From: Chloroflexota bacterium
Lineage (GTDB): Bacteria; Chloroflexota; UBA11872
Assembly (NCBI GenBank): GCA_022824865.1
Contig: JAJDZD010000053.1
Span: 1,462-65,461, forward strand
Direction: 5' to 3'
DNA: 64,000 nucleotides
Part shown: positions 50,003 through 61,700 of the stretch, one piece after another
Position numbering within the stretch: position 1 is the stretch's first letter
Layout of the letters: every line of letters starts with the position of its first letter
The notes under the pieces: generated by a model
Databases searched by the model: none
Seen by the model: the letters and a program-made list of their open reading frames with translations, nothing else
Told to the model about the DNA's origin: nothing
Made by a program: the position numbers and the translations under genes

Positions 50003-51727
50003 TTATGCCTCCGAGCGGGTCCGCCGTTTCTTGATCGCCCGTACGCCCCGCCAGACCAGTACCCCAACCACCGCAAACGGCCCCGCCACGATCACCACCA
50101 CGATCGCCGCATTCGCCAGGAAGCGCAGAACGTCCAGCAGCAGCCCCACCGCGCCCCGCGCCGTAGTCCCCGGCCCAAACACGTCCCGGCCCGCCACGTC
50201 TTCCGGCAGCGCCGTCAGGAACGTCACCACCCGATTGTCCACGTCGGCCCGGTCCTCGTCGGCCGACACGATCGTCGTCTCGGTCTCGAACCGTCCCTCG
50301 CTCCGCTCCACCCGCGCCTCGTAGAACACACCCTGACCCGAGTCCGGTGCCATGCGCGGAAACTCCCACACCACCGTCCGCGTGCCCTCGTCGTAGCGCC
50401 CGCCGCCCTCCGCGCGCACGAACGTCATGCCCTCCGGCAGGCGCTCCGTCAGCCGAACCTCCCGCGCGTCCCCGTTGCCGCGATTGTGGAAGTTGATGTA
50501 GTAGCTGACGTCCTGACCCACCGGGACCGACGCCTCGCCCTCCTTGAACACGCTCAGGTCCACGAAGAACGGCAGCGTCGCCTCCGCCCGGTCCTCATCC
50601 GGTTCGCGCACGACTCCGCTGGCCGTAATCGTCGCCGTCACCCGCATCGGCGAACCGTCGCCCTCCAGCCGCACCCGCGACCACACGTCTTGCGAGGTGT
50701 TTGCGCCCACCCGGTCGATCTCCCAGACCACGCTATGCGAGGCCGCCTCGTAGACCCCCGGCGACGACGCCCACTCAAACACCATCCCCGGCGCCAGCTG
50801 GTCCCGCACCACCACGTCGCGCAGGTCCACCGTGCCGTGATTGGCAATCGTGATCGGCATCTCGGCACTGCCGTGCATCACGTAGCCCTCGGGTGACAGC
50901 CGCTCGATCCGCAGGTCCGGCGCCGGGTGCAGCCGCACCGTGATCGTCGCCAGGTCCGTCTGATTCGCCAGCAGGTTCAACTGCCCCTGCAACACCTCGA
51001 TGCGTGAGCGCACCTCCAGCAATTCCCGCTGCACCTCCAGCGTGTCGCTCACCGTCTGCGCCGTCGCCAGGATGTCCAGCAACTGCCGCTCCGTCGCCTC
51101 CGCCGTCCGCAGCCGCGCCTCCAGGTCGGTGAACTCCGCCGTCACGTCGCGCCCGCCTACGTCCTCGAACACCACCTCGCTGCCCTGCTCGCGCACCAGC
51201 CCCCGAACCTCGTCAAACCGCTCCACCGGCGCGCGCAGCGTCACCGTGCTGATCGACCGCGGATCGTCGTCCCGCACGTCCGCCGACGCCACAAACGCCC
51301 CGGGAATCCCGTCAACCAGCGCCTGCAACCGCCGCACCGCCTCCGCAATGTCCCCCACCACGATCCCAATCGTGGCGTCGCGAATCACCCGCCGCTCAGT
51401 CGCCGCGGCTTGGACGATGGACTCCTGGCTCTCCGACTCAACCTGCACCTTGGCCGCTGCCGGCGCGGCTGGCGCCGCCGAAGTGTCGGCAACCCGAATC
51501 ACCGCCCGCTCCGCCGCCATCCCCATTGCCGTCGCCGTTTCGCGCGACATGCGATCGCTCTCCTGCACAACCATCGCCGCCGGCCCCTCCGGGGCCATCG
51601 CCATCGCGGGCGCGGCCATCGACCGCTCCTCGCTCTCCCCGCCAAACGGGGATTCCCCGCACGCCGCCAAACCCAGCGCGCCTACCACCAAAGCGGCCAC
51701 CAACACTCGAAGTCCCCTCGGCATCAC
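50003..51727 (-). CDS. paralogous DUF4349 + DUF11-like lipoprotein
   Basis: LAAC lipobox; same domain order as 47950-49752. Confidence 0.8.
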   Translation of the reverse strand: MMPRGLRVLVAALVVGALGLAACGESPFGGESEERSMAAPAMAMAPEGPAAMVVQESDRMSRETATAMGMAAERAVIRVADTSAAPAAPAAAKVQVESESQESIVQAAATERRVIRDATIGIVVGDIAEAVRRLQALVDGIPGAFVASADVRDDDPRSISTVTLRAPVERFDEVRGLVREQGSEVVFEDVGGRDVTAEFTDLEARLRTAEATERQLLDILATAQTVSDTLEVQRELLEVRSRIEVLQGQLNLLANQTDLATITVRLHPAPDLRIERLSPEGYVMHGSAEMPITIANHGTVDLRDVVVRDQLAPGMVFEWASSPGVYEAASHSVVWEIDRVGANTSQDVWSRVRLEGDGSPMRVTATITASGVVREPDEDRAEATLPFFVDLSVFKEGEASVPVGQDVSYYINFHNRGNGDAREVRLTERLPEGMTFVRAEGGGRYDEGTRTVVWEFPRMAPDSGQGVFYEARVERSEGRFETETTIVSADEDRADVDNRVVTFLTALPEDVAGRDVFGPGTTARGAVGLLLDVLRFLANAAIVVVIVAGPFAVVGVLVWRGVRAIKKRRTRSEA

Positions 51728-51907
51728 GCGCTCCTGTTGACGTTGACGTTCGGAATGAGGCCACCGGGCGCTGCCCGTGGACCCTTCCTCGTCAAGACTA
51801 ACGGCGCCACCGTGTATTCGTATCGACTCACATCAACCGCTCCAAGTGGCGCTGTACAAGTGACTACGCCGCCCAACCGCAAATCGTTCCCTCGCCCTTG
51901 GTCCGTC

Positions 51908-52459
51908 CTACCGACTGACCAATGTGGCCGCCAACCCGTACAAGTCAGCCAAATCCCCCCGCCCAATCGCCCGAAACCGCCCCTGCGCCTCTTCCAGCGA
52001 CACCGTCAGCACCTCAACCACATCCTCGCCGTCCCCAATCGTCGGCTCGCTCACCAGTGCCACCTGCCCCACCCCCACCAGCCGCTGAAACCTCGGGTGC
52101 GGCAAATGCGGCCGGTAGGGCGCCTCCGCCGTCGAAACGCAATCCCACACCCCGAACGGCCTGAACGACAAAAGCCTCGCCCCCGCCTCTTCCATCAGCT
52201 CCCGCCGCAGCGCCGCTTCTATCGACTCCCCCGGCTCCCGCGTCCCTCCCGGCACCTCCACCCGCCCGTCCACCATCGCCAGCACCACCCAACCCGCTGA
52301 CGTAAAGGGCACGACGTTCACGTTGCCGACCAATTCGTCCGAAGGCGCCTTGTCAATCCGTCGAAACTTCGCCGAAGCGAATCCCCAGTCCGCTGGCGCA
52401 AACAACCCCGGAAACCGCGTGGCCTCGCTACCCGCCGCCGTTCTCCCCGTCGCGCCCAT
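51908..52459 (-). CDS. NUDIX hydrolase
   Basis: [24 protein letters not shown] Nudix box. Confidence 0.9.
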   Translation of the reverse strand: MGATGRTAAGSEATRFPGLFAPADWGFASAKFRRIDKAPSDELVGNVNVVPFTSAGWVVLAMVDGRVEVPGGTREPGESIEAALRRELMEEAGARLLSFRPFGVWDCVSTAEAPYRPHLPHPRFQRLVGVGQVALVSEPTIGDGEDVVEVLTVSLEEAQGRFRAIGRGDLADLYGLAATLVSR

Positions 52460-54890
52460 CCGCCAGCCGCGCCACTCGCAGCAGGTCCACGCCCTCGTCC
52501 ATCCGCATGATGATTACCCCGGCCGCCGCCCGCTTGATCGGGCGGACGTTCCCCAGCCCGCAGCGCATCACCTGCCCGTCCGACGACACCAGCGCAATCT
52601 CCTCGTTCTCCGCCAGCAACCGGCGCGCGTCCGCCACCTGGCCGGTCTTCTCGCTCAGGATGATCGACTTCAGCCCCTGCCCGCCGCGGCCCTGCGGTCG
52701 GAACTCGCTCACGGCCACCTTCTTGCCGAAGCCATTGGCCGTCACCAGCAGCACGAACCCGTCGTCCTTCGTCAGGTCCATCGCCGCCACTTCGTCGTCG
52801 TCCGCGAGCCGGATAGCACGCACGCCTCCGCTGGTCCGGCCGCTGGCTCGTATCGAATCCAGCGCAAACCGGATCGACATCCCGTTCCGCGTAAAGAACA
52901 TCGCGTGCGTCTCATCCGTCGCCAGCCGCACCCACACCAGCTCGTCGTCCTCGTCCAGGTCCATCGCCAGCAGCCCGGTCGTCCGGATCGACACGAACTG
53001 CGTCAGCGCGCTCCGCTTCACTTCGCCCTTGCGGGTCCCGAACACCAGGTAGTCGCCCGCCTCGAAATTAGGAATCGCCAGCACCGCCGTCGCCCGCTCG
53101 CCCTGCTCGATCGCCAGCAGGTTGATCAGGTTGTGTCCCTGCGCGTCGCGCCCCTGCTCCGGCAGTTCGTACGCCCGCAGCCGGTACACCTTCCCCCGGT
53201 TCGTAAAGAACAGCAGGTGGTCGTGCGTATTCGCCACCAGGAAATGTTCCACCACCCCGCCCGTCTTGCTGCGGAAGCCGCGGATGCCCTTGCCGCCCCG
53301 GCCCTGCCGTCGGTAGGTGTTGGCCGGCACCCGTTTCACGTAGCCGCGCGACGACATCGTGATCAGGCAGTCCCGATCCTCCACCAGGTCTTCCTCGTTG
53401 AATTCGCCTGACGCCTCGCGCTGGATCTGCGTCAAGCGCTCGTTACCGAAGCGTTTGACTACCTCGCGCGTCTCCTCGCGAATGATCCCCAGCACCCGCG
53501 ACTCGTCCGCCAGGATGTCCTGCAGGTCCCGGATCGTCGCCCGTACTTCTTCCAGTTCGGCCAGGATCTGCTCGCGCTCCAGCCGCACCAGCCGCCGCAA
53601 CTGCATGTCCAGGATCGCGTTCGCCTGGATCTCGGTCAGACCGAACTCTTGCATCAGGCCGTTGCGGGCCTCCTCGGTGTCGTCCGCCCCGCGAATGATC
53701 CTGATCACCTTGTCGATGTCCGCCAGCGCGATCACATAGCCTTCCAGCAAGTGCTCCCGCGCCTGGGCCTTCTTGAGGTCGAACTGGGTCCGTCGCCGCA
53801 CCACCGTCTGCCGGTGCTGCACAAAGAGTTCGACGAACCGCCGCAACGGCAGCTGCTCCGGCTGCCCATCCACCAGCGCCAGGTTGTTGATGCTGAACGT
53901 CGACTGCAGCGCCGTGTGCTTATACAGCTGATTCAGCACCGCCGCCGGTCGTGCGTCCCCGCGCAACTCAACGACCACCCGCATGCCATGACGGTCCGAC
54001 TCGTCGCGGATGTCACGCACGCCGACAACTTTCTTGTCTCGCACTAGTGTGGCGATCTTCTCCACCAGCTTCGACTTGTTCACCAGGTAGGGAATCTCCG
54101 ACACCACCAGCGCCATCGTCGTTCCGCGCACTTCCTCTACGTTCACCACCGCCCGCACGCTGATCCGCCCCCGACCCTGCGTATACGCCTGCTCGATCCC
54201 CTCCGCCCCCACGATGATCCCGCCGGTTGGGAAATCCGGCCCTCGCACGAACCGCATCAGGTCCCGCGAGGTCGCCTCCGGGTTCTCGATGTAGTGCTCG
54301 ATCGCCCGCCCCACCTCGCGCAGGTTGTGCGGCGGAATACTCGTCGCCATCCCCACCGCGATGCCCGTGGACCCATTGATCAGCAGGTTCGGCACAACCG
54401 ACGGCAGAACCTCCGGCATCTCCGCCGTGCCGTCGAAGTTGTCGACGAACTCCACGGTGTCCCGGTCCAGGTCGTCCAGCATCGCCGCCGCAATCGGCGT
54501 CAGCCGCGCTTCCGTGTAGCGCATCGCCGCCGCCGGGTCGCCGTCCACCGACCCGAAATTGCCCTGCCCGTCCACCAGCGGATACCGGATCGAAAACGGC
54601 TGCGCCATGCGCACCAGCGCGTCATACAGCGCCTGGTCGCCGTGCGGGTGGTACTTCCCCATCGTGTCGCCCACCACCCGCGCCGCCTTGCGGTACGCCG
54701 CGTTCGGCGTGGCCGAAATCTCCTCCATCGAGTACAGCAGCCGCCGGTGCACCGGCTTCAGCCCGTCGCGCACGTCCGGAATCGCCCGCGCGACGATCGT
54801 GCTCATCGCATAGTCGATATACGAGGTCTCCATCTCCTCGACAATGTCGACTTCCCGAATCCCGTCGCCCCCCACAAACTCCTCCGTCAC
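52428..54890 (-). CDS. gyrA: DNA gyrase subunit A
   Basis: [27 protein letters not shown], GyrA box QGRGGKG. Confidence 0.97.
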   Translation of the reverse strand: MTEEFVGGDGIREVDIVEEMETSYIDYAMSTIVARAIPDVRDGLKPVHRRLLYSMEEISATPNAAYRKAARVVGDTMGKYHPHGDQALYDALVRMAQPFSIRYPLVDGQGNFGSVDGDPAAAMRYTEARLTPIAAAMLDDLDRDTVEFVDNFDGTAEMPEVLPSVVPNLLINGSTGIAVGMATSIPPHNLREVGRAIEHYIENPEATSRDLMRFVRGPDFPTGGIIVGAEGIEQAYTQGRGRISVRAVVNVEEVRGTTMALVVSEIPYLVNKSKLVEKIATLVRDKKVVGVRDIRDESDRHGMRVVVELRGDARPAAVLNQLYKHTALQSTFSINNLALVDGQPEQLPLRRFVELFVQHRQTVVRRRTQFDLKKAQAREHLLEGYVIALADIDKVIRIIRGADDTEEARNGLMQEFGLTEIQANAILDMQLRRLVRLEREQILAELEEVRATIRDLQDILADESRVLGIIREETREVVKRFGNERLTQIQREASGEFNEEDLVEDRDCLITMSSRGYVKRVPANTYRRQGRGGKGIRGFRSKTGGVVEHFLVANTHDHLLFFTNRGKVYRLRAYELPEQGRDAQGHNLINLLAIEQGERATAVLAIPNFEAGDYLVFGTRKGEVKRSALTQFVSIRTTGLLAMDLDEDDELVWVRLATDETHAMFFTRNGMSIRFALDSIRASGRTSGGVRAIRLADDDEVAAMDLTKDDGFVLLVTANGFGKKVAVSEFRPQGRGGQGLKSIILSEKTGQVADARRLLAENEEIALVSSDGQVMRCGLGNVRPIKRAAAGVIIMRMDEGVDLLRVARLADGRDGENGGG

Positions 54891-54930
54891 GCCCCTCCAC
54901 TCCCCTCGTCAAAGACGTCTGGCTGCTCTA

Positions 54931-55560
54931 CTCCCTCTCCCAGTGGACGAGGGTTGGGCTGTGCGTCTTCCGGGCAACCACCGCCGGTTAGGCAACGATC
55001 TCTCCTGCGCGAGAGGGCTGGGGTGAGGGATCGTCCGCGCAACCACCGAACCCACGCAGAGCCGCCTCTTCCTCCCTCTCCCTTGAGGGAGAGGGTGGGG
55101 GTGAGGGTGGCTGCCGGCCCGAGCAACCTCGCAACGTCACCAGCAACCCGCGCCGGAACGCCCGCCCTTCTTCTCCTGAGACTCTTGAAAACCCCCGGCT
55201 TCCACAACGCTGCGGCCGCTCTTCCTCCCTCTCCCCGTGGGAGAGGGTTGGGGTGTGGGTCTTCCGGCCAACCACCGCCGGTTAGGCAACGATCTCTCGT
55301 GCGCGAGAGGGCTAGGGTGAGGGGGCTTCCGCGCAACCGCCGAACCCACACTGAGCCGCCTCTTCCTCCCTCTCCCTTGAGGGAGAGGGTTGGGGTGAGG
55401 GTGGCTGCCGGCCCGAGCAACCTCGCAACGTCACCAGCAACCCGCACCGGAACGCCCGCCCTTCTTCTCCTGAGGCTCTTGTAAACCCCCGGCGTCCTCG
55501 AAGCTGCGGCCGCTCTTCCTCCCTCTCCCCGTGGGAGAGGGTTGGGGTGAGGGTCTTCCG
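54931..55560 (+). repeat. tandem ~294-bp composite repeat (2.1 copies), each with three CCCTCTCCC/GGGAGAGGG...GGGTGAGGG REP-like palindromes
   Basis: Units begin near 54931, 55225 and 55519 with near-identical linkers. Confidence 0.9.
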
Positions 55561-55622
55561 GTCGTGGACTGACGGACACCAAAGCGCCCATTCTTCGTCC
55601 CAAACGAACGTGCATGTCGGCC

Positions 55623-56132
55623 CTATCCCTCATCATCCGCCCGCTCAAAATCCCCACTCACCCCGCCCGTCTTCCGCACCAGCCGCACGTCCGCAATCCG
55701 CATCCCTCGATCCACCGCCTTACACATGTCATACACCGCCAGCGCCGCCACCGAAACCGCCGTCAGCGCCTCCATCTCAACCCCCGTCCGGCCCACCGTC
55801 CGCACCGTGGCTTCAATCGCCAGTGAATCCTCATCCTCCGGCGCCAAGGAAACGTCCACCGCGCTTAGAGGCAACGGGTGGCACAGCGGAATCAGGTCCG
55901 CCGTCCGTTTGGCCGCCATCAGCCCGGCCAGCCGCGCCACCCCCAGCACGTCGCCCTTGGGAAGGTCCGATTCCTCGCCGGCCATCTGCTCGCGAATCAT
56001 CGCCAGCGTCGCCGGCTGCATCACCACCCGGCCCCGCGCCACCGCGGTTCGGTCCGTCTCCGACTTAGCCGACACATCCACCATCCGAGCGGACCCATCC
56101 GCGTCGAAATGCGTGAACGAAGGCTTGGCCAA
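55623..56132 (-). CDS. moaC: cyclic pyranopterin monophosphate synthase MoaC
   Basis: [52 protein letters not shown]. Confidence 0.97.
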   Translation of the reverse strand: MAKPSFTHFDADGSARMVDVSAKSETDRTAVARGRVVMQPATLAMIREQMAGEESDLPKGDVLGVARLAGLMAAKRTADLIPLCHPLPLSAVDVSLAPEDEDSLAIEATVRTVGRTGVEMEALTAVSVAALAVYDMCKAVDRGMRIADVRLVRKTGGVSGDFERADDEG

Positions 56133-56504
56133 TCCGGTGGTTAAGTCCCTGCGCCCCAGGAGAAACGACCTGTCCCCATTCTACCGCGCGCCCCCCACCG
56201 GCACTCGGTTCCGCGCGAGCTCTAGCCGTTCGCGGCGAGTCCGCACCCGGCTTTTTTCAGGGGCCTGCCTCGGAGCAAATTCCGCACGACCCAAGCCGTC
56301 CCCTCGCTGCTCTCACTTCTTCCCTTCGTGGTCAACGCCGCCTCCGCTGTGTGGCATAAGCGCCGGCGCCAGAGTGCCCCTGCCGTCCCACGCCATCGCC
56401 CATGGGTGCATGCGCTCAGCCGCCGGAGGCTTGGCGAAAGGCGCGGGACGCCAATGCTTGAATGATATGGTTCAGCCATACCCTCGCCCCACGGCCAGCC
56501 CGCA

Positions 56505-56741
56505 ATGAAGACCACGCTGAACCTGAACGATCAAGTCCTGCGCCAGGCCAAGCGGCGGGCGGCGCGCGACGGGATCACGCTGACCCGATTCGTTGAGGAC
56601 GCCCTGCGCGCACGCCTGGCGGGTCCACGCGGCCGCAAGCCGCCCTTCCGTCTGGAGCTGGAGACTGTTACTGGAACGGCACCCCCCACCGTCGACATTG
56701 CGGATCGCGACGCGCTCTACAACGTCATTGACCGCGCGTGA
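56505..56741 (+). CDS. VapB-type (RHH) antitoxin
   Basis: MKTTLNLNDQVLRQAKRRAA; overlaps toxin start. Confidence 0.85.
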   Translation: MKTTLNLNDQVLRQAKRRAARDGITLTRFVEDALRARLAGPRGRKPPFRLELETVTGTAPPTVDIADRDALYNVIDRA

Positions 56742-57166
56742 TCGCCATCGACACCAACGTGCTGATATATGCCCACCGGGGCGAGACCGACTGGCATCAC
56801 CTGGCCGTATCGCGGCTGGTTGCGTTGGCCGAGGGCGCCGAGCGATGGGGCCTGCCCGTGTTTTGCCTTACCGAGTTCCTGCGGGTCACCACCCACGAAC
56901 GCGTGTTTCGGCCGCCGTCCACGCTTGAGCAAGCCACGGCGTTTATCAGCGGACTCGCGAAGGCTCCCAGCTGCGAGGTCGTGCGGCCCGGTCCTGGGTT
57001 CCTCGAACTTCTGGCGGAAACCGCGCGCCAGGCCAACGCCCGCGGCAACCTGATCTTTGATGCGCAGATCGCCGCCCTGTGCCTGGAACACGGCATCGAC
57101 ACGGTGCTTACGAACGACCGCGACTTCAGTCGCTTCAAGCACTTGCGCGTCCAAACGCTCGACTAG
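56738..57166 (+). CDS. VapC-family PIN toxin
   Basis: IAIDTNVLIYAH, EFLRVTTH, GNLIFDAQIAA, TNDRDF. Confidence 0.92.
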   Translation: MIAIDTNVLIYAHRGETDWHHLAVSRLVALAEGAERWGLPVFCLTEFLRVTTHERVFRPPSTLEQATAFISGLAKAPSCEVVRPGPGFLELLAETARQANARGNLIFDAQIAALCLEHGIDTVLTNDRDFSRFKHLRVQTLD

Positions 57167-57305
57167 CGGCCGGCGTTCCTTCGGTACCTACGCGAGCGCC
57201 ACCGCGGCGCCTCAGACGCGTCCGCCGTCCTCGCAAACCCGTCCCAGGCTCCGCCTTCTGTAAGAGTGGCCCGCCTAGCCGTTCGGCCCCACCCCGGACT
57301 CGCTT

Positions 57306-57468
57306 CACCGCGGTACGGTCCGTCTCCGACTTAGCCGACACGTCCACAATCCGAGCGGCCCCATCCGCGTCGAAGTGCGTAAACGAATGCCTGGCTAATC
57401 CGGTGGTTAAGTCCCTGCGCCCCAGGAGAAACGATCTGTCCCATTCTGCCGCGCCCCCCGGCATTCGG
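57306..57468 (-). pseudogene. duplicated moaC 5' fragment plus upstream region
   Basis: Direct repeat of 56040-56208; encodes [30 protein letters not shown]; start TTG changed to TTA. Confidence 0.9.
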
Positions 57469-57486
57469 GGGTGGACAAACTCAGAT

Positions 57487-57508
57487 AGACTAGTCTTCAG
57501 TCTAGTCA
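57487..57508. promoter_or_regulatory. putative operator of the Phd/VapC module (AGACTAGTCT palindrome followed by GTCTAGTC)
   Basis: Paired CTAG-centred sites about 40 bp upstream of the antitoxin start. Confidence 0.5.
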
Positions 57509-57544
57509 GTTCAGGATCCGTCTGAAGCCGGCCCGGAGGAATGC

Positions 57545-57805
57545 ATGGACAACGTGTGGCAGGTACAGGAAGCCAAGGCGCGATTCAGCGAACTGCTGGC
57601 AACCAGCATCGCCGAAGGACCGCAGATCGTGACCAGGCGAGGCGTCGAAACCGCCGTACTCGTCCCCATTGAGCACTGGCGACGCCTTGAGCGCCTTACC
57701 CGCCCCAACCTCAAGGAACTGCTGCTCGCGCCCGAACCGCGCACCGAAACTCTCACCCCGCCGCGACGTCAACTCCCACGTCGTGCCGTCCCGCAGTTCG
57801 ACTAG
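57545..57805 (+). CDS. Phd/YefM family antitoxin
   Basis: GGAGGA RBS; WQVQEAKARFSELL.....GPQIVTRRG...AVLV. Confidence 0.92.
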   Translation: MDNVWQVQEAKARFSELLATSIAEGPQIVTRRGVETAVLVPIEHWRRLERLTRPNLKELLLAPEPRTETLTPPRRQLPRRAVPQFD

Positions 57806-57806
57806 C

Positions 57807-58232
57807 GTGTACCTGCTCGACACGAACGTCGTCTCTGAACTGCGTCGCCCGCGTCCCAACCCGGCCGTCCTCGACTGGATTCAGTCGGAGCCCGCCGATC
57901 ACCTCTACCTGTCCGCCGTCACCGTCGGTGAGATCCAGGCTGGCATCGAGATCACCCGTGAGCAGGACCCCGCCAGGGCGGAGCAACTGGAAGCCTGGCT
58001 CGACCGAGTGCAATTGAGCTACGACGTACTGGCCGTAGACGCCCCTGCCTTTCGGATCTGGGCCAGGCTCATGCACCGCCAGTCCGACACCCTCATGCAG
58101 GACGCCCTCATAGCCGCCGTCGCCACCGTCCACCGCCTCACCGTCGTCACCCGCAACACCCGCGACTTCCACCACCTCCACGTCCCCACCCTCAACCCCT
58201 TCCAGCCACACTCGCACCAAGCTGTCCCCTGA
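57807..58232 (+). CDS. VapC-family PIN toxin
   Basis: YLLDTNVVSELR, GEI, DALIAA, VVTRNTRDF. Confidence 0.92.
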   Translation: MYLLDTNVVSELRRPRPNPAVLDWIQSEPADHLYLSAVTVGEIQAGIEITREQDPARAEQLEAWLDRVQLSYDVLAVDAPAFRIWARLMHRQSDTLMQDALIAAVATVHRLTVVTRNTRDFHHLHVPTLNPFQPHSHQAVP

Positions 58233-58793
58233 GTGCAATGCGCCGTGGTGTTCCAGTAGACATCGGAGCCTCGTGTACAGCGATATGCCGCGCTCCCTAG
58301 CCCGGACGGAGCAGCAAGAGACACGAGCCTCGATTACTTCGTGCGGGGTTGTCCGTTTGCCACGCGGATAGCGAAGCGTGTCCCCGGACGCTGGCCGCGG
58401 CGAGATGTCGCCCCAGCCAAGAGCGCGCGCGACCACGCAGTTCCATCACCGACCGTCGCATTGGCCTTCGGAGAAGCTTCGCTTGAACTCGTCGAACGGC
58501 CGGACTCTCCCAAGATCCGCGAATCGAGCGACCGCTTCGCACCTCCCTGGTCGGACAACCGTCCGCCAGTCACAAGCCCGTTGCCCTGACTGGAATTCGT
58601 ACACCTGCCGCTTGTACCGGACAATCGTTGCTCGGCCGCACATATCCGGCCGTCGGTTCGAACACTCTAACTAGGTAGGGAAAATCCAGATGCGCTTTCC
58701 AGTGTTTTTCATGGCCTGCCAACATGGCCACGCTACCCACAGGGAATCCTGATTCCGACAATCGCGCCCGCACTCTTGGCCCACACGCTGGTC

Positions 58794-61700
58794 TTGACGC
58801 TGACGTCCATCTGGAAGAATCGGCGCATTGCTGCGTGCGTGCTGCTCGCCTTTGCGACTGCAGCCACACTACTCTCTTCGTGCGGTCCGCCGGCGCCAGC
58901 GGCTTCTCCCGCTTCGCCAACACCAACCACGCCAGTCGTCGCTTCAGCGGTCGGGACTCCGTCCGCGACGACTCCTTCCGTCGAAAACTCGAGACCACCC
59001 ACCACCTCGCCGGCGACCCGACCGGCGGCAACAGCCGCACCGGCCCCAACCAGCGGCCTCGCGCCGAGCCCTCGCCCAACCGCTGGCCCCTCGCCGAGTC
59101 CGTTGCCAACCGCTTCGCCGACGCCCACGCTCGCCGTCACAGCCAATCCACCTGAACAAGCTCACGCGCGGCAGATCGGATTCGACCTGGGCGATCGCAG
59201 CTTCTACGAAGCCACTTGGCGAGATGTATTCGAAACCCTCTCCCCGCCCGAGCAATCGTGCATACGGAATGAACTGGACGCGGGACAGCTGACCTCCGCA
59301 CTCCAAGGCCCCCTACTCCGGTTCTTTACGTTTCCGGCGCCCTGGCAAGTGGCCTTCTTTCGCTGTCTCGACCACGAGACCGGTCTGTTCTTGCTGATCT
59401 ATTGGCTGGGCGAAGGATCGGAAGGGAGCACCGCCAACAGCATCAGTTGCGCACAAGCCTCGCTGGATGAAGGCGACGTTGTGAACTATGTCGCTGGCAC
59501 TCTTCTTGATGCCGATCCTGACGACGTTAACTTATCCAGAGCCGTGTATCGCAGCCTGCTCGAATGCAACATACGACCGCTTCGCGACCAACAGCCTCAC
59601 TCCGGTGGCGGTGGAACGAAAGTTACAGATTTGTGCATCTACAGCAGGTTCAGCGAAACACTCCAAGCATTGATGCTGGGACGGACGCCTGAAGACATCT
59701 CCCAGTCGTTGCAAGAACAGGTATTTGCCTGCCTGGAAGCTGACTCCGTGGCGCGACTCTTGTTCGCGGTGCTTCCTACGGCGGCAGGTGGCGTTCTTCC
59801 GGAGCAAGAGGACTGCGTGCGAAATATGTTCGATGATGCCGCAATTGCTCGCGGCATATTGTTCCCATCCAATCCAGACCGAGCAGCAGCCACCCAGGAA
59901 CTAGTCGATGGACTGCGCACCTGCATTCCAGAGCTTGAGCTATCTGGCGAAGACGCACATCCGGTGGAACGTTATATGGAGCATTGGAGTTCCAACGAAA
60001 GTTCGTGCCTGACCGTCGAAGTCGGAGAGACGTTCTTGGATCTGGTATTGGGCAAGCCGTTTCGGCCGGACCCGGAAATCGTCATGACGGTGCAGAGTTG
60101 CTTCGTACTTCCAACGGCCGCGGCAATATCGCTGGCAATCGTTTCCCAGGAGCTTGATGGACTAACCGGTGAACACCAGACGTGTGTCCAGTCGCTTCTC
60201 GCCGACACAGAATTTGAGATCGCGCTGCTGCCTGGCCAAAGGCTGGCAAGCTCCCCTGAATTTCAGGATTTTGCTTCGGGTTATCGCGCCTGTATTGCGG
60301 ACGCGATCGCCTCAGGCGAGAAAACAACCGACGACCATCCAAGCGGTGTACTGCCACTTTGGCGATTCTCGACCGGCGGCACAATCGCATGGGCCCCATC
60401 CGTAAATGACGGTGTGGCGTACGTCGTATCCGATGACCAAATCGTCTACGCCATTGACGCTGGAACGGGCGAAGGAATGTGGACCTTTGACGCTGGCGGC
60501 GAAGTGAGATCCCCGCCGGTTATCGCCGATGGCGTGCTCTACGTCGAATCCACAAGCCACGTCAATGGGTTGAATCAAGTCCATGCGTTAAATGTGTCCA
60601 CCGGCGAACTGTTCTGGCGTTTCGATGCCGGACCTGAAGCGCAGCCCATGCCAACTGTCGGAGACGGGCTTATCTATGTCAACGTGCGGGTTGGCAACGC
60701 ACTTAACACGCACGCCTTGGAAGCGCGTTCGGGCAAGGTCATCTGGATCGCCGACGTACCGATTTCTATCGTAAACAGACTTCGCCCGACAGTCATCGGG
60801 TCCCGGATTTTCATTGCCGCCTTAGGGAATAAATTGCACGCGCTGGACTCGGCCACGGGCGCAGTCGCGTGGACATTCGCTCCGGACTTTTATATAGCGG
60901 CTCCACCCGTGACTGCAGCAGGACGAGTCTTCCTCACTGCGGGAACCAGCATTTACGCGCTCGATGAAGTCACCGGGAGACTAATCTGGCAGCATGACTT
61001 CTCCTGGTCGTTTTGGCCTGACGGTCAGTTCTTGTCTCACGACATTCGGCCGATTGTCGACGAAGACACGGTCTACTTCACAGCCGGCAAAAGCATATAT
61101 CGCCTGGATGCGGCAACGGGTGAGGTCCTTTGGTCATTTCAGGTGGGTGGATCAATCGCGACCCCTCCGGCGATCGAGCAGGGAATCGTGTACATCGCTT
61201 CGACAGGGAATCAGATATTCGCCAATGATCCATCAAAAGCTCACTACAAGCCTGAAGAGATCGTCTGGGGTATCGACCTCGGCAACGAGACGCTACACAG
61301 TCCGACGGTGGCCAGTGGTGTCCTTTATGCCCAATCCAGCGACGGAACACTCAAGGCATTCGACGGGGCCACTGGATACCTGCTTTGGGAATCTAACGTC
61401 GGTGACTTTCCTGACAATCCATCCTACACCGCAGTGGACAATACCGTGTATTCAGCAACCTCGGATGGCAGTGTATTTGCTATCGCTACGTCTCCAATTC
61501 CTGTCCCCACTGAGATGCAGGATGTGCCGGAGACGCGTGAGTCTGAACAACCTCAAGTACCGCTAACTGCACAAACATCTGATGACCTGGCAAGCCAGGA
61601 CTTTGACACGTATTCGATGGCATTTAACGACGATGGCGCAAGCATCAACGCAAATCGAAGCGGATATGAGCTGACCATGGCTGCGAATTGGGAACCACCC

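Noticed and set aside
54931-55560. CRISPR array
   Set aside because: The linkers are themselves duplicated rather than unique, spacing is irregular, and no cas genes are present; it is a REP-like composite repeat
54887-55657. 256-aa ORF spanning the repeat array
   Set aside because: Translation of palindromic repeats (PHPNPLPRGEG), a typical spurious ORF
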